Assembly: GCA_004524535.1 (NCBI GenBank)
Contig: SDNY01000055.1
Location: 1-22,511 of the forward strand
DNA: 22,511 bases
Origin: Promethearchaeota archaeon
GTDB lineage: Archaea; Asgardarchaeota; Lokiarchaeia; Sigyniarchaeales; SOKP01
Direction: 5' to 3'
Below are positions 1 to 8,280 of the stretch, piece after piece; within the stretch, counting starts at the first letter, position 1, and the number at the start of each line of letters is the position of its first letter. Both the position numbers and the translations under genes were made by a program. The notes below the pieces were generated by a model that ran no database searches, was not told the origin of the DNA, and was given only the letters and a program-made list of their open reading frames with translations.

Positions 1-234
1 ATCAGGGACCTCAAAGGTTATTGTTGGATTTGATGCCGTTCCATCAGATGCTTTTATTGTCTGATCTTTTATTTCAGTGTAATATGCGATATCGTCACCG
101 ATTTTCCATTGGATAACCTCACTTATTCCTTTTAATTTTCCTTTAAATTTTTCGTCGACTATCGCAAGTTGTTCCGTGGCGTAGCCAATCATGGCTCCAA
201 GGACTCGTACACATACTTTTTCTTCTGTTGACAT
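1..234 (-). CDS. SCP2 sterol/lipid-binding domain protein (5' part; runs off the left edge)
   Basis: Not in the ORF track. Manual translation from the ATG at 234 gives MSTEEKVCVRVLGAMIGYATEQLAIVDEKFKGKLKGISEVIQWKIGDDIAYYTEIKDQTIKASDGTASNPTITFEVPD, open to the edge. The 'IQWKIG..YYTEIKD.....G....P.ITF' pattern matches the SCP2 beta-strand core. Confidence 0.7.
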   Translation of the reverse strand, partial: MSTEEKVCVRVLGAMIGYATEQLAIVDEKFKGKLKGISEVIQWKIGDDIAYYTEIKDQTIKASDGTASNPTITFEVPD

Positions 235-383
235 TTTTTTAAACACCTATTTTTTAAAAAAATTTTTATATGTTATTTGGAAAAACAGATTAATATTATA
301 TAAATCTTTCATTCATGAATGCTTTAAAAAGATATTTTATGTTCTCTCTTCTATTTTACATAGAATTTTACTTAGAGTAATAT

Positions 384-392
384 AAAAAAAAA
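384..392 (-). terminator. Oligo-T (T9) archaeal-type terminator downstream of sulfatase 1
   Basis: A9 run on + (T9 on the coding strand) ~35 nt after the stop. An equivalent A7 run lies at 2975-2981 after sulfatase 2. Confidence 0.4.
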
Positions 393-427
393 GAAATATA
401 TAAAAATAGACTCTCTGCTATAAGAAT

Positions 428-2746
428 TTATTGCTTGGACATTTCTGCCCGATAATTCGCCTCAGCGCTTTTGCGGTTCTCCTCTTTCACCCTTCTACGT
501 TGAGTCATTCCCCCCAAAAGGTCCCGTGTAGTACGACGCCCTGTGTATTTTATTAGATCGATGACCACGCGATGAATAATCCCAGAAAATTTAAAGGGCC
601 CTTCATAGTCGTTAGTAACGGGAGAAAGGCTGTCTCGACCTATATCCGTACCCGTAGAGGATAAGATATGAAGGAGGTATGGAATTGGGATTGAACCGCA
701 TTCTTTTCCATTTATTGAAAGAGTGAGTGTTCCATCCCTTTTTTTCCTCTCGAAATGAGCGGTGACCGTGGATTTCCCAATAGGGACCGTTATATCAGAG
801 CGTACTACATGATGATCCATGAACAGGTTAAAATCAAAAACCAAATGAGAGTCTTTAATGTAAAAAGTCAACCCCCCATTCATCGTACCCACGGCAACAA
901 GCACGCCTTCGTCAGTATCATTATTTCGCTGGATTTCTGCATTAATTTTCCATGAACGAGCAGCACTTAAAGGACCCACACCCGCAGGTAAATGGCTAAT
1001 CGGCGGATAATAGACATAATGACGACTTGAGTGTACCGAACCTGGTGGTCGAGACGACAAGAACAATTCTATGTTCCTATCGTCAAGCGGTAGTACGCCA
1101 TAGCGCCCAGCCTCAGCCCACCATAGATCAATCATTTCTTTTAGTTTTTCAGGTTTCTCTGAGGCGAGATCATGGCATTCAGAAAAATCTTCATCTAAAT
1201 GATACAATTCCCATTCTTTCATATCAAATGGTTTCCCCTTGGTGTGATGCGTAACGGCTTTCCAGCCATCGTGAACAATTCCTCGATGACCAAACATTTC
1301 AAAATATTGCGTATGTTTACGAGTCTTCTCCTCAGGTCCATCGAAAGTATAAACCATTGATGTTCCAGAAATCGGTATCTGATCGTATCCTTTATAAGAT
1401 GGAGCGGGTTCTATTTCAAGAAGTTCTAAAATTGTTGGCATTATATCGGTGACGTGGTGAAATTGATTACGGATTCCACCTTTATCTTTAATTATTTTTG
1501 GCCAATGAATGATTAAAGGATCGCGAATTCCCCCACCATGCGTGTTTTGCTTATACCATTTGAGAGGGGTGTTGCCTACTTGAGCCCATCCCCATGGATA
1601 ATTTGAGTGACTATTCGGTCCGCCAATATCATCTAAGCGATCTTGAATGGCGTCGACATCTTCTAATCTTGCATTAAAAAATTTCAGTTCCTCCATTATC
1701 CCTGCATGACCGCCTTCTTGACTCGCTCCATTGTCAGAAAACAACACGATTAACGTGTTCTCTTTTTCATCGATTTCTTCAAGGAACGAGATTAATCGTC
1801 CGATTTGATGATCTGTATGATCAAGAAAAGCTGCGAACGCCTCTTGCAACCGGCAAGCAAATCTTTTTTCATTCTCGGATAAATCATCCCACGCTTTAAC
1901 GCCATTATTGCGAGGGGCCAAATCTGTTCCCGGTGGAATGACTCCCATTTCGAGCTGTCTTTTGTACCATTCCTCTCGCGTGATATCCCAACCAGCGTCA
2001 AATTTTCCTCGATATTTTTGACGATATTCTAGCGGAGATTGATGTGGAGCGTGCGTCGCGCCGAACGCTAAATATAAAAAGAAGGGTTTGTTAGGTCGTA
2101 TAGATTTTAAGTCGCGGATGAATTCCATGGAACGATCAACGAGATCTTCACTAACATGATATCCATCTTCAGGTCCATATGGAGGATCAATGGGGTGATT
2201 ATCGTAAGTTAATTCAGGGTAGAACTGATCGGTCTCTCCTTGCATGAAACCATAAAACCGATCAAATCCTCTCTTCAGAGGCCAACTATCAAATGGTCCT
2301 CCCATCGATGCTTCCTCCATTTGCGTAAGATGCCATTTTCCTGTCATAAATGTGATATAGCCTTCTTCTTGCAAGATTTCTCCAAGAGTCGCTGCGTGCT
2401 TTGAAATGGAACCACGTAGGTTGGGGAATCCCGAATTCATGTTCGAAACTGCCCGCATCCCCACTGCGTGATGGTTACGCCCAGTTAACAAGCAAGCTCT
2501 CGTAGGGGAGCATAATGCCGTGGTGTGAAAGTTCGTATACCTTAAGCCTCCAGCAGCGAGCTTGTCAATGTTTGGAGTATCAATGGACGAACCATAGCAT
2601 CCAAAATGGGAGAAGCCAGTATCATCCAGTAGAATCACCACAATATTTGGACTTCCATCGCCAAGGCGCTTCGGTGTAGGCCACCAAGGTTCTGATTCCT
2701 TAAGTGTTCGACCGATCTTTCCTTTAAAAATTTCTTTTCCAGTCAT
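428..2746 (-). CDS. Cys-type (formylglycine-dependent) arylsulfatase, ~772 aa, with C-terminal beta-sandwich extension; copy 1
   Basis: PNIVVILLDD metal-binding motif, LCSPTRACLLTGR (CxPxR signature, Cys79), GKWHL, APH and SDNG motifs. Start placed at ATG 2746 (MTGKEIF) because the paralog shares this start; the ORF track extends to 2779. No signal peptide apparent. Confidence 0.93.
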   Translation of the reverse strand: MTGKEIFKGKIGRTLKESEPWWPTPKRLGDGSPNIVVILLDDTGFSHFGCYGSSIDTPNIDKLAAGGLRYTNFHTTALCSPTRACLLTGRNHHAVGMRAVSNMNSGFPNLRGSISKHAATLGEILQEEGYITFMTGKWHLTQMEEASMGGPFDSWPLKRGFDRFYGFMQGETDQFYPELTYDNHPIDPPYGPEDGYHVSEDLVDRSMEFIRDLKSIRPNKPFFLYLAFGATHAPHQSPLEYRQKYRGKFDAGWDITREEWYKRQLEMGVIPPGTDLAPRNNGVKAWDDLSENEKRFACRLQEAFAAFLDHTDHQIGRLISFLEEIDEKENTLIVLFSDNGASQEGGHAGIMEELKFFNARLEDVDAIQDRLDDIGGPNSHSNYPWGWAQVGNTPLKWYKQNTHGGGIRDPLIIHWPKIIKDKGGIRNQFHHVTDIMPTILELLEIEPAPSYKGYDQIPISGTSMVYTFDGPEEKTRKHTQYFEMFGHRGIVHDGWKAVTHHTKGKPFDMKEWELYHLDEDFSECHDLASEKPEKLKEMIDLWWAEAGRYGVLPLDDRNIELFLSSRPPGSVHSSRHYVYYPPISHLPAGVGPLSAARSWKINAEIQRNNDTDEGVLVAVGTMNGGLTFYIKDSHLVFDFNLFMDHHVVRSDITVPIGKSTVTAHFERKKRDGTLTLSINGKECGSIPIPYLLHILSSTGTDIGRDSLSPVTNDYEGPFKFSGIIHRVVIDLIKYTGRRTTRDLLGGMTQRRRVKEENRKSAEANYRAEMSKQ

Positions 2747-3017
2747 TATAATCAACTTTTTTGTTGAGATTATTATCATTTCCTATTATTTAAGGATTAC
2801 TCTTAGTGGTTACCAGTAGTGTAAAGTCTAAATAAAATCCTTCATATTAATAAAATGAGTAAAAACGGGGAAAGAAGGGATTTTTTAAAAGAAATTTCGA
2901 CTTTTCTACTAATTAATCCTTCTGGGATATAAAATTTTATAGAAAAATAGGACTATCCTTTAAATAAAATTATTAAAAAAAGGAAATATATAAAGATAGA
3001 GCCGCTGTTATAAGAAT

Positions 3018-5336
3018 TTACTGCTTGGACATTTCTGACCGATAATATGCCTCAGCGCGCTTACGTCTATCCCCTTTCAGCTTTTCCCCTGAAGCTCTTC
3101 CCGCAAAAATATCCAGTGACGTATAAGGTCCTTTGTATTCTGGAACATCGATAATTATGCGACGAATATCCCCGGAAAATTCAAAGGGACCTTTATAGTC
3201 GTTAGTAATCGGGGAAAGCGTATCTTTTCCGATGTCCATACCTGTGGAAGAGAAAATATAAAGAATGTATGGAATTGGGATTGAACCACACTCTTTTCCA
3301 TTTATTGAAAGGGTGAGTGTTCCTTTTCTTTTTTTCCTCACGAAATGAGCGCGAACCGTGGATTCTCCAGTAGGTATCGTTATATCAGAACGTACTACAT
3401 GATGCTCCATGAACATGTTAAAATCAAAAACCAAATGAGAATCTTTGATATAAAACGTAAATCCTCCATTCATCGTACCTAAAGAAAGAAGAACACCTTC
3501 GTCGGTATCACTAGCTCGTTGGATTTCTACATCCATTGTCCATGTACAACCACCCATTTGTGGAGCTGCATCTGCTGGTATGTGGCTCATAGGGGGATAA
3601 TAAACATAATGACGATTTGCATGTACTGATCCAGGTTGATATCGACTTCCAAATAATTCAAGGAGCCTATCATCAAGCGGTAGCACATCATAGCGCCCAG
3701 CCTCCGCCCACCATAGATCAATCATGTCTTTTAGTTTTTCAGGCTTCTCTGAGGCGAGATTATGGCATTCAGAAAAATCTTCGTCTAAATGATATAGCTC
3801 CCATTCTCTCACATCAAATGGGTGCCCCTTAATGTGATGAGTAACGGCTTTCCAACCATCGTGTACAATACCCCTGTGACCAAACATTTCAAAATATTGA
3901 ATGTGCTTACGAGTCTTTTCTTCAGGTCCATCGAAGGTATAAACCATTGATGTTCCAGATATTGGGATCTGATCATATCCTTTATAAGATGGAGCGGGTT
4001 CTATATCAAGAAGTTCTAAGATGGTCGGAACGATATCGGTTACATGGTGAAATTGATTTCGGATCCCGCCTTTATCTTTAATTCTTTTTGGCCAATACAT
4101 GATTAAAGGATCTCGAACTCCCCCGCCGTGTGTGTTCATTTTGTACCATTTGAGTGGAGTATTGCCCACTTGGGCCCATCCCCATGGATAATTTGAAGAA
4201 CTATTTGGTCCGCCAATATCATCTAAGCGATCTTGAATGGCGTCTACATCTGTTGACCTTGCATTAAAATATCTCAATACATCCATCATTCCTTCTTGAC
4301 CGCCTTCTTGACTCGCTCCATTGTCAGAAAACAACACGATTAACGTGTTCTCTTTTTCATCGATTTCTTCAAGGAACGAGATTAATCGTCCGATTTGATG
4401 ATCTGTATGATCAAGAAAAGCTGCGAATGCTTCTTGCAATCGACATGCGAATCTTTTTTGGTTTTCAGATAATTCATCCCATGCTTGCACACCTTTATTA
4501 CGTGGAGCCAGCTCAGTTTCAGGAGGTATGACGCCCATTTCGAGTTGTCTTTTGTACCATTCCTCTCGCGTGATATCCCAACCAGCGTCAAATTTCCCTC
4601 GATATTTTTGCCGATACTCTAGTGGAGATTGATGTGGAGCGTGAGTCGCGCCAAAAGCTAAATATAAAAAGAAAGGTTTGTCAGGTCGTATGGATTTTAG
4701 ATCCCGGATGAATTCAATGGAACGATCAACGAGATCTTCACTAACATGATATCCATTTTCAGGCCCATACGGAGGATCAACGGGGTGATTATCGTAAGTT
4801 AATTCAGGGTAGAACTGATCGGTTTCGCCTTGCATGAAACCATAATACCGATCAAATCCTCTCCTGAGAGGCCAACTATCAAATGGTCCTCCCATCGTTG
4901 CTTCCTCCATTGGAGTAAGATGCCATTTTCCTGTCATTAATGTGGTATAGCCTTCTTCTTGCAAGATTTCTCCAAGAGTCGCTGCGTGTTTTGAAATGGA
5001 CCCACGTAGGTTAGGGAATCCCGAAATCATGTTCGAGAGTCCCCGCATTCCAACGGTGTGATGATTACGCCCAGTTAACAAGCAAGCCCTCGTCGGGGAG
5101 CATAATGCCGTGGTGTGGAAATTTGTATATCGCAAACCCCCATAGGCGAGCTTGTCAATGTTTGGAGTATCAATGGAAGAACCAAAGCAACCAAAATGCG
5201 AAAAGCCAGTATCGTCAAGCAAGATCACGATTACATTTGGACTTCCATCGCCAAGACGCTTCGGTGTCGGCCACCAAGGTTCTGATTCCTCAAGTGTGCG
5301 ACCGATCTTTCCTTTAAAAATTTCTTTTCCAGTCAT
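3018..5336 (-). CDS. Cys-type arylsulfatase, ~772 aa; copy 2 (tandem paralog)
   Basis: Same motifs (LLDD, CSPTR, GKWHL, SDNG). Same length as copy 1 (2319 nt) at a constant offset of 2590 nt. The ORF track start at 5345 is an upstream TTG. Confidence 0.93.
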   Translation of the reverse strand: MTGKEIFKGKIGRTLEESEPWWPTPKRLGDGSPNVIVILLDDTGFSHFGCFGSSIDTPNIDKLAYGGLRYTNFHTTALCSPTRACLLTGRNHHTVGMRGLSNMISGFPNLRGSISKHAATLGEILQEEGYTTLMTGKWHLTPMEEATMGGPFDSWPLRRGFDRYYGFMQGETDQFYPELTYDNHPVDPPYGPENGYHVSEDLVDRSIEFIRDLKSIRPDKPFFLYLAFGATHAPHQSPLEYRQKYRGKFDAGWDITREEWYKRQLEMGVIPPETELAPRNKGVQAWDELSENQKRFACRLQEAFAAFLDHTDHQIGRLISFLEEIDEKENTLIVLFSDNGASQEGGQEGMMDVLRYFNARSTDVDAIQDRLDDIGGPNSSSNYPWGWAQVGNTPLKWYKMNTHGGGVRDPLIMYWPKRIKDKGGIRNQFHHVTDIVPTILELLDIEPAPSYKGYDQIPISGTSMVYTFDGPEEKTRKHIQYFEMFGHRGIVHDGWKAVTHHIKGHPFDVREWELYHLDEDFSECHNLASEKPEKLKDMIDLWWAEAGRYDVLPLDDRLLELFGSRYQPGSVHANRHYVYYPPMSHIPADAAPQMGGCTWTMDVEIQRASDTDEGVLLSLGTMNGGFTFYIKDSHLVFDFNMFMEHHVVRSDITIPTGESTVRAHFVRKKRKGTLTLSINGKECGSIPIPYILYIFSSTGMDIGKDTLSPITNDYKGPFEFSGDIRRIIIDVPEYKGPYTSLDIFAGRASGEKLKGDRRKRAEAYYRSEMSKQ

Positions 5337-5420
5337 TTTAATCAACTTTTTTGAATAAAAATTATACTATTCCTAATTCTTTAATATATCATAATATAAT
5401 TAAAATTGAATTTAAATTTA

Positions 5421-6629
5421 TTATTTCATACAACAATCTTTATATTTTTTACCGCTTCCACAAGGGCATGGAGCATTACGACCAATTTTTGGTATTTTAA
5501 TTGGAATATGAGTCTTAATATTGCGTTCAGTTCTAATTTGCTGCGCTATTCTTTTAAATTGCGTTAAAGTATGTGCATAAAACATCCTCCAGCCTTTGCA
5601 TAGAACGCTTAATGTTCTTGATGAATTAGAACCACCAATTCGAAATTTTTGGCAATCTCCATGACAGAGATTTATATAATGACAGTTATTACAATACTCA
5701 TTCCAATTAGCTTTTTGGCGTCCAAAGCGAAGATATACGGGAGATTTTAAAAAATCATCCCAAGTACCTGTTTTCAGATTTCCAAGCAAAAGATCTTTGC
5801 GAACAAAAAAATCGCATGGATAAACATTACCATCGTATTCAACAACAAAATACTGACAACAATTATTATTCATGAAGCAAACATTATACCTTCCATATAC
5901 TAAATACTCCAAAATTGAATCAAATAAACGGATAGAAATCTTATACATGTCCTCCTTTATCCATTCGTCAAATAATTCGCATAGAAAAGTTCCCCATTCT
6001 TTTCCCGTTATGGAATAGCTATGAGGTTTATTATTGTTATCAAATTCAACACAAGGGATATATTGATGATAGAAAAAACCTTGCGACTTCATATATTGAT
6101 ATATTTCCCTTGCTTTCTTTACAGTTTTATTATTAACTAAAATTAAGATGTTAAACTCTACATTATGTTTTTTTAGAATTTCAATACCACGCATAACTAA
6201 AGAATGAGTTGGTGTCTTACCGATAGTTTTTCTGTAATAATCGTGAAGATATGGAGGTCCATCTAGACTCACTCCAAGAAGGAATTTATATTTTCCAAAA
6301 AACTTAGCCATCTCTTCCGTAATTAACGTCCCATTTGTCTGAAGGCCATTACTTACAGCAGCACCAGGAGGGCCGTATTTTTTTTGGAATTCTATAACCT
6401 TTTCAAAGAATTTTAATCCCATTAACGTAGGTTCCCCTCCTTGCCATCCAAAAGAATAATTATTATATTGATTTGTGCTCATATAGCTTTTTATCAAAAT
6501 TTCTAATATCTCATCAGACATGCGAGGGGCATTTTTTCCCTCTTCTAAATGGTCTATATAAAAACAATATTTACATCTGAGATTACAATCTGCTGAAGCG
6601 GGTTTTATCAATAGGGAAAAAGGTTTCAA
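5421..6629 (-). CDS. Anaerobic sulfatase-maturating enzyme (anSME; radical SAM/SPASM) with C-terminal SEC-C motif
   Basis: IKPASADCNLRCKYCFY (CxxxCxxC), WQGGEPTL, LQTNG, SLDGP, SPASM cysteines (VYPCDF; CNNCHYINLCHGDC) and terminal GRNAPCPCGSGKKYKDCC. TTG start. Sits directly upstream of the sulfatases. Confidence 0.93.
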   Translation of the reverse strand: MKPFSLLIKPASADCNLRCKYCFYIDHLEEGKNAPRMSDEILEILIKSYMSTNQYNNYSFGWQGGEPTLMGLKFFEKVIEFQKKYGPPGAAVSNGLQTNGTLITEEMAKFFGKYKFLLGVSLDGPPYLHDYYRKTIGKTPTHSLVMRGIEILKKHNVEFNILILVNNKTVKKAREIYQYMKSQGFFYHQYIPCVEFDNNNKPHSYSITGKEWGTFLCELFDEWIKEDMYKISIRLFDSILEYLVYGRYNVCFMNNNCCQYFVVEYDGNVYPCDFFVRKDLLLGNLKTGTWDDFLKSPVYLRFGRQKANWNEYCNNCHYINLCHGDCQKFRIGGSNSSRTLSVLCKGWRMFYAHTLTQFKRIAQQIRTERNIKTHIPIKIPKIGRNAPCPCGSGKKYKDCCMK

Positions 6630-6679
6630 TGTATTATTATAATAATTATTTTAATTTTTAATTAATTTTTTTTTCATAT

Positions 6680-7642
6680 TTAATTTATTTCATACAGTTT
6701 ATCATCACTCTGTCTTTCTCTTACAATCATAATTATTGAAAAGATTACTATAATAGTTCCAATTAAGTGAAAAATTGTAAAAGGATCTCCTAATATAAAA
6801 TAAGCAAATAAAGCTGTAATAATGGGAGTAGGAGCAACTAGTATTGTAGCTTTTGAGAACTCCATGTACGAAATCGTTTTATACCAACAAAATAAACCTA
6901 ATCCTTGAACAGCTCCAATAGCTATAAAATAAAAAATATTAACAGGGTCGTAAAACAGATTTACTTGAAAGGGAAAGAACAATATGTAGATACAAAATAA
7001 AACTAACGCTCCTATAATGCTTCTTGTAAAAACTATCGAAACCGGTGTAGCTTCTTTATTATCAATAATAGGTTTGGTTTGAGTATGAGCTAAAGTCCAT
7101 AAACCACAAACAATTACTAAAATTATTACTCCAATTATTATCTCGGCATTAAACTCAGATACATCCACATTAAACTCAGTTACAGCTAAAAAAAGACCAA
7201 AAAGCAATAAAATTGAAAAAACAATTTGTTTTTTTGAAATTTTCTCTGTTAACAATAAATACCCAAATAATAAGGCAAATATTATCCTTGTTTTTGTAGC
7301 TAATGAACCATTAATCGCTCCTGCTAATTCAAATCCTATGAAGTAAAAAATACGTCCAAGGCCAAATAAAACTCCTAAATATATTAAAAGTTTTTTATTT
7401 TTTTTCCAACCATTTAAAAGAGATTCACTCTCATCTTGAGTTAATAGCCCATTTTCATAGTTCGCTTTAAGTTTCTTTCTCTCCATTATCATTAATGGCA
7501 GGAACACAATACTCACAATTAAGAACGATGTAGCGGCGAATATAAAAGGATCCAGAACTACTGGTCTTGAGATTATTATTATTGGTTGTATACCAATTAA
7601 AAATCCACAAATAATGCCGAAAATATACCCTTTTTTTTCCAA
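6680..7642 (-). CDS. EamA/DMT family transporter (~10 TM)
   Basis: Two-repeat hydrophobic pattern with EamA signatures 'IFALLFGYLLLTEKISKKQ' and 'PIITALFAYFILGDPFT..HLIG'. TTG start. Confidence 0.85.
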   Translation of the reverse strand: MEKKGYIFGIICGFLIGIQPIIIISRPVVLDPFIFAATSFLIVSIVFLPLMIMERKKLKANYENGLLTQDESESLLNGWKKNKKLLIYLGVLFGLGRIFYFIGFELAGAINGSLATKTRIIFALLFGYLLLTEKISKKQIVFSILLLFGLFLAVTEFNVDVSEFNAEIIIGVIILVIVCGLWTLAHTQTKPIIDNKEATPVSIVFTRSIIGALVLFCIYILFFPFQVNLFYDPVNIFYFIAIGAVQGLGLFCWYKTISYMEFSKATILVAPTPIITALFAYFILGDPFTIFHLIGTIIVIFSIIMIVRERQSDDKLYEIN

Positions 7643-7696
7643 GATATAGATGAAAAAGAGGAGAAAATTAAAAACTTTGAGAACCTTAAAAAAAAT
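7643..7696. promoter_or_regulatory. Putative compact bidirectional BRE/TATA promoter between divergent EamA and nitroreductase genes
   Basis: The spacer is only 54 bp. The central 'gagaaaattaaaaactttgaga' (7661-7682) places a TATA-like AT block ~25-30 nt from both start codons. Confidence 0.3.
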
Positions 7697-8194
7697 ATGA
7701 ATTTAAGAGAAATATTTGAAAAGAGAAAGAGCATTCGCAAGTTTACAGGCGAGCCAATTAAAGAGGATCAGATCAAATTAATTATGGAAGCTGCCCAAAT
7801 CGCTCCGTCCGCATCCAACAAGCAACCTTATAAATTCATTGTAATAAAAAATGATGAATTCAAGAAAGTATTGAGAAAAAAAGCTGTACCACAGCGTTTC
7901 ATAGAGAAAGCCGCCGTGATTTTTGTAGCATTAGGAAATAAAAAAGAAGCTGAGTATTTTTATAAAGTGGATATTGGAATAGTAGTTCAACACATGGCTT
8001 TACAAGCAGCGGAATTAGGTTTGGGATCTTGCTGGATGGGAGCAATTAAGAGAGATGAGCTCAGAGAATTGTTAAAAGTTCCAAAGGATTGGGAAGTAGT
8101 TGCCATATTGCCAGTTGGCGTTCCTGGTCAAGACCCTCCTGCCAGAGCACGTAAGTCATTGGATGAATTATTTGTTAATGACAGTTTTCAATAG
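7697..8194 (+). CDS. Nitroreductase family protein (FMN-dependent)
   Basis: KRKSIRKF, APSASNKQP and LGLGSCWMG motifs; 165 aa. Confidence 0.92.
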   Translation: MNLREIFEKRKSIRKFTGEPIKEDQIKLIMEAAQIAPSASNKQPYKFIVIKNDEFKKVLRKKAVPQRFIEKAAVIFVALGNKKEAEYFYKVDIGIVVQHMALQAAELGLGSCWMGAIKRDELRELLKVPKDWEVVAILPVGVPGQDPPARARKSLDELFVNDSFQ

Positions 8195-8280
8195 ATAAGT
8201 TATTAAAGAAGAAATAGAAAATGATATTTGTTTTGATGTTTTTTTAATACTAAAACAGAATTATGAGTACAAGTGATTGA

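Larger units (their letters stand above)
383..5353. repeat. Tandem duplication of the sulfatase unit (approx. 383-2763 vs 2973-5353), including flanks
   Basis: Homology extends past the CDS. 3' flank: 'gaaatatataaaaatagactctctgctataagaattta' vs 'gaaatatataaagatagagccgctgttataagaattta'. 5' flank: 'aatcaacttttttg' in both copies. Confidence 0.9.

Noticed and set aside
191-385. 64-aa + strand ORF
   Set aside because: Overlaps the SCP2 gene start on the opposite strand and an AT-rich promoter region; no protein-like features.
2928-2941. Perfect palindrome tataaaattttata between the sulfatases
   Set aside because: Pure A/T in a very AT-rich spacer and not repeated upstream of the paralog.
755-5358. 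Short ORFs repeated in both sulfatase copies (e.g. 1027-1254/3617-3832, 1792-2001/4382-4591; also 755-955, 5105-5317, 5152-5358)
   Set aside because: Shadow ORFs. Their apparent conservation follows from the sulfatase duplication, and substitutions are synonymous in the sulfatase frame.
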